Positions 60,816 to 64,000 of a stretch of DNA of 64,000 bases are shown one piece after another. The translations under genes were made by a program, and so were the position numbers. The notes below the pieces were generated by a model. That model was not told the DNA's origin. It was given only the letters and a program-made list of their open reading frames with translations, and did not search any database. The stretch lies in assembly GCA_000270325.1 (NCBI GenBank), contig BA000048.1:1605481-1669480 (forward strand). The letters are read 5' to 3'. The stretch's first letter is position 1, and every line of letters begins with the position of its first letter. The DNA comes from Candidatus Caldarchaeum subterraneum. Lineage in GTDB: Archaea; Thermoproteota; Nitrososphaeria_A; Caldarchaeales; Caldarchaeaceae.

Positions 60816-61293
60816 GCTCTTAATCTGGATGTTGTATATATTTATACCCTTGTTGCTTCCATTATTGCTTCTCTTAGGCTTAGTTTTGATATTCTCTTGT
60901 GGTATTGGTAGAGTCTTATGTATTCTTCTAGGTTGTTCTTGTTTATTCCGTTTCTGGGTCTTAGGAATCTCTTGAGTAGTCCTGCCCTGTTCTCGCAGTT
61001 GTTTATATTAACATGTCCCTTGGCGTTCCACTCTTATCATTGCATCTCTTGCCACATCCCCTAAACATAGATTCCTATTCCACATCTGCTCCATACCATC
61101 CTCGTAATGCTTATCCCCCCAAACCACTCACAGCCACGCTGTAATGGACAGCGTAACCCATTACTCATTCTCTGGACATGGGCGGGTTCATGCGGAGGCC
61201 CAAGCTTGTCGTGAGAGCGAGCTGTGTAGAGGATGTCTCCAAGCTGCTGAGGCACCGTTGCCTTCTTAAGGAAGCGGAACTCGGCTCTATTGA

Positions 61294-61396
61294 GGGGGCG
61301 TAGCCGAGCAAGGCCAAGGCGTCGGGCTCCAGATCAAAACAGCTGGTCAAGAGGCGACACCCGAAGACCGTGGGTTCAAGTCCCACCGCCCCCACC
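61294..61396 (+). tRNA. tRNA-Trp (anticodon CCA) with ~26-nt intron in anticodon loop
   Basis: Acceptor GGGGGCG/CGCCCCC, T-arm GTGGG-TTCAAGT-CCCAC, anticodon stem TCGGG...CCCGA interrupted by ATCAAAACAGCTGGTCAAGAGGCGAC; CC encoded but not the full CCA. Confidence 0.8.
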
Positions 61397-61441
61397 TAAC
61401 TGTAACTCTTAAATTCAGAAAAACAATCAACTTCTCAGTAC

Positions 61442-62158
61442 TTGTCTGAAGTGGATGATGTGAGGAAGAGGAACCTGAAGAACATCATCGCTGGTGAAGT
61501 TGTTTTTTCAAAGAGGCCCGGCGAGGTTTTGAAGAAGTGGCGCACGTTGTTTGAGCTGAGTCAGAAAAGCATCGCCAGGGAGATGAGCATCTCCTCAAGC
61601 GTTCTGAGCGACTATGAGAAGAGTAGGCGAAAGTCTCCGGGAACCGATTTTATCAGGAGATATGTCGAGGCGCTTATCCGGCTTGATGAGAAACGGGGAG
61701 GCTTGAAGATAAGGGAGTTCGCGTCGGATGTTCAGACGCTTTCAGACGTTGTTCTGGGGATGTCTGAGTACACGACTCCCAAAACCATGGCCGAGGTGGT
61801 GAAGCTGTTGAAGGGGGTGTGGCTGGCTGGGCAGGAGCAGCAGAATTCGCTGATTTTCGGCTACACAGTCGTCGACAGCATAGAGGCCATCAAGAGGCTC
61901 GGGCCCTATGATTTCTTCAGACTCCTCGGAGCAAGCACCGAGAGGGTGGTTGTGTTCACGAACGTGGAGAGAGGCCGCTCGCCGATTATTGCTGCTAAAA
62001 TTTTTCCGCTGAGGCCGCGGCTGATAGCAATACATGGGCCGAGGCGTGTTGAGGACGTGGACGCGATGGCCGTTGAGCTGGCGAAAAAAGAACGTTTGCC
62101 CTACGTCTTGTCGCTTCATCAAACTGTTGAAGATGTTTTGGCGAGCCTCAGCCAGTAG
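61442..62158 (+). CDS. XRE-type HTH transcriptional regulator with C-terminal domain of unknown function
   Basis: HTH_3-like LSQKSIAREMSISSSVLSDYEKSRR. Confidence 0.6.
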   Translation: MSEVDDVRKRNLKNIIAGEVVFSKRPGEVLKKWRTLFELSQKSIAREMSISSSVLSDYEKSRRKSPGTDFIRRYVEALIRLDEKRGGLKIREFASDVQTLSDVVLGMSEYTTPKTMAEVVKLLKGVWLAGQEQQNSLIFGYTVVDSIEAIKRLGPYDFFRLLGASTERVVVFTNVERGRSPIIAAKIFPLRPRLIAIHGPRRVEDVDAMAVELAKKERLPYVLSLHQTVEDVLASLSQ

Positions 62159-62585
62159 TAGCCGACGCTGTTCTTTTGACCAGCCTCGCTGTGAGAATGC
62201 CGTTGACGTATCTCAGTTCTCGCAGCATCGCCTCGAAGGGCAGTTTCACGGTTCGTCTGAACCCCATCCCGCCCATGAGAACCAGCTTCCTCCCGAGAAG
62301 CTCTACACGAACCTTCGTCTCAGGCCCCGGCACCTGAGCAGTAACATCAACCACATCCCCCTCCTGACGAAGCTCCAGCAGATAATCATCCCAAGCCGAG
62401 GAGCCTAGACTGTTCTTCACAGCCTTTGCCCAGTAGAGTGTGAGGAGAATGGCCATGGCTGCGAGAGCAAGGCCTAGAATACCGGGTGATAAGCGTATGA
62501 AGAAGGACGCAGTCGCGACGGCGATGAGCAGCAGCATCAGTAGCCAGAAGCCCGAAAAACTGCCCCGGTTTCTGTTTTGCTGCAT
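62148..62585 (-). CDS. membrane-anchored Hsp20/alpha-crystallin-like domain protein
   Basis: N-terminal TM helix; C-terminal VVDVTAQVPG...VRVEL...L.L.G......F.R...LP resembles an alpha-crystallin domain. Confidence 0.5.
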   Translation of the reverse strand: MQQNRNRGSFSGFWLLMLLLIAVATASFFIRLSPGILGLALAAMAILLTLYWAKAVKNSLGSSAWDDYLLELRQEGDVVDVTAQVPGPETKVRVELLGRKLVLMGGMGFRRTVKLPFEAMLRELRYVNGILTARLVKRTASATTG

Positions 62586-63956
62586 CTACTTGATCACCAC
62601 CATCACGTATCTCAGCGTGACCAATCCCGACTGCTGGTAGATTGCTCCTAAATATAAGCTATCTCCAGAAACCCAGTGGACAAGAATGGCTCCGTATTGT
62701 TTCCAATATTCCACAAACTCTGTAAGCTCTGTTTTAATTTGTTCGAAGTCTTTTTCCGAGGTGTAGTTCAGGGTTTTGGTTTTGTAGACGATGTTTGCGT
62801 TTATCTGCTCAGGCGTCTCTGGTGGGAGCCCCAGTTCCTGAAGCAGAGTCTTGAGCCTTTGTAGCCTGTTTTCCCGCGTGTCGACAGGCGAGACGGGTGG
62901 AGCGGATTCGCCGGCCAGTTTGAGGAGATAGTTTCTAAACGCCTCCTCCACGGTTTGTCCAAGGCCCACGTAGTATAGCCCGGTGAAAGCCGCGCCCACC
63001 ACCGCAACTGTTCCCAGCTGTGTCACAACCCCTTCACCTTCCCTCGCTGTGTACACTGGAATGATGTAGACGGGGTGGTCGCCCACCTCGTAGAAGATGG
63101 TTTCACCTATCCTCGGCGAGGCGAGAAGAGTGCTGAGCGTCCGGAAGTCAGGGTCCCTCTGCAGAGCTTGAAGAGCCGCTGAAGGGCCGAGGAGCTTAAT
63201 CGGAGAGTCCTCCGCGACCCTGTAGAAATACATCTCACCCGTGTGTGGATAATCGTTTCTAACCACCGCGTATCCTGCGAGGTTCAGTCCCCTCGAGCCT
63301 CGAAGCTCGAGGGAAAGTATTCCCACGAACTCTAGCTGGCTATGGTTGGGGAGTTTAGTGACCACGAAATAGACCTCTACGCCGGAAGGTATTTCATAGA
63401 ATTGTCGGGCCTGTATGAAGATTGCGGGGTCATCGATGTGATAGATAGAGAACATTCTCGTCTGATAATCGAATAGCTCGGCTGGGTATCTGATCTGGTT
63501 GTGAAGCCAATTTGGCACATCTCTGCTAACTTTGTCGGCGTAAACGGCTTCAAACAACTTTGTAAACATGTCGTCTCCCAGAGTAATCAATCTTATTTCG
63601 CCGTTGTAGGCGTCTACTAGGGCGAGCCCGACGAAGCGAACGAATGGGTTGCCGTTTGACCATGGCACGTTTTCCGTTGGGAGGATGGCTATCAACGGCA
63701 TCATCCAGTAGGTTCTTGTTCCATCAGTGACAGGAAACATGTCGACGTACTCGTCCTTATAGACGTATGAGAAGTATGGGAAGAGAAGCTGAACTCTATC
63801 ATGGATATCGCGGTACCTTAGGAGGAGGATTTCTTTGTCGGGGTAGCTGAGGAAAAAGGTTACGTCATATAGCCAGCTCAGCGGAGGCCCTATCTTGACT
63901 CCCCCCGACCCGCTGTACCTTGAGCCACCAATCTCGTCCGAAACATCTTTTCCCAT
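62586..63956 (-). CDS. conserved hypothetical soluble protein (456 aa)
   Basis: Long ORF; in-frame stop at 63984-63986 limits N-terminus; no motif assigned. Confidence 0.5.
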   Translation of the reverse strand: MGKDVSDEIGGSRYSGSGGVKIGPPLSWLYDVTFFLSYPDKEILLLRYRDIHDRVQLLFPYFSYVYKDEYVDMFPVTDGTRTYWMMPLIAILPTENVPWSNGNPFVRFVGLALVDAYNGEIRLITLGDDMFTKLFEAVYADKVSRDVPNWLHNQIRYPAELFDYQTRMFSIYHIDDPAIFIQARQFYEIPSGVEVYFVVTKLPNHSQLEFVGILSLELRGSRGLNLAGYAVVRNDYPHTGEMYFYRVAEDSPIKLLGPSAALQALQRDPDFRTLSTLLASPRIGETIFYEVGDHPVYIIPVYTAREGEGVVTQLGTVAVVGAAFTGLYYVGLGQTVEEAFRNYLLKLAGESAPPVSPVDTRENRLQRLKTLLQELGLPPETPEQINANIVYKTKTLNYTSEKDFEQIKTELTEFVEYWKQYGAILVHWVSGDSLYLGAIYQQSGLVTLRYVMVVIK

Positions 63957-64000
63957 TATGATTGCTGCCCAGTCGCTTGAGAAAAGACTACGTGGCCCGC

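Noticed and set aside
61061-61395. Minus-strand ORFs overlapping tRNA-Trp and the CT-rich tract
   Set aside because: They overlap a tRNA and have no coding character
62586-63956. Assignment of the 456-aa ORF to the UPF0182 family
   Set aside because: This was only a vague recollection; it has no TM helices and I cannot verify family motifs

Overview
This is a high-GC, gene-dense (>90% coding) archaeal chromosomal segment. A 16S rRNA, an intron-containing tRNA-Trp, a 5S rRNA, TATA boxes about 25 nt upstream of leaderless start codons, and archaeal-type DnaG, Pelota, Nob1, archaeal-type PEP carboxylase and A-type ATPase A/B subunits all point to a hyperthermophilic crenarchaeon, probably Thermoproteales/Thermofilum-like (inference). 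Housekeeping genes are scattered singly: guaA, nadK, speH-speE, dnaG, pelota, rps7, ppcA, atpA-atpB, queD-queC and a ThyX-like gene. There are also several ABC transporters (phosphonate/phosphite PhnDCE, Zn/Mn ZnuABC, a BMP-family nucleoside importer, and an ABC-2 exporter). The most striking content is a ~20 kb purine uptake and catabolism island at 26.2–45.6 kb. It holds the BMP nucleoside ABC importer, adenine deaminase, an LLM-family flavin oxidoreductase, an SsnA/MtaD-like amidohydrolase carrying a frameshift, a three-subunit xanthine dehydrogenase, two divergent YgeW-type transcarbamylase paralogs flanking a carbamate kinase, fold-type-II PLP enzymes and a V4R protein. A hydantoin-racemase-like gene plus ATP-dependent hydantoinase A/B sit nearby at 19.6–24.0 kb. 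Together this looks like an archaeal counterpart of the enterobacterial ygeW-ygeX-hyuA-yqeA/xdh/ssnA cluster for anaerobic urate/purine degradation, with carbamoyl phosphate feeding carbamate kinase for ATP synthesis; as far as I know this has not been described in Crenarchaeota. Other notable items: a 468-aa tandem-duplicated ThyX-like protein translationally coupled to queD-queC; a 16S rRNA gene not followed by a 23S gene; a UbiA prenyltransferase fused to a PNPOx-like flavin-binding domain; repeated operator-like motifs in two divergent promoter regions; and two AT-rich segments (1–1.5 kb and 60.0–61.3 kb) that look like degraded or foreign DNA. No CRISPR array or cas genes were seen.
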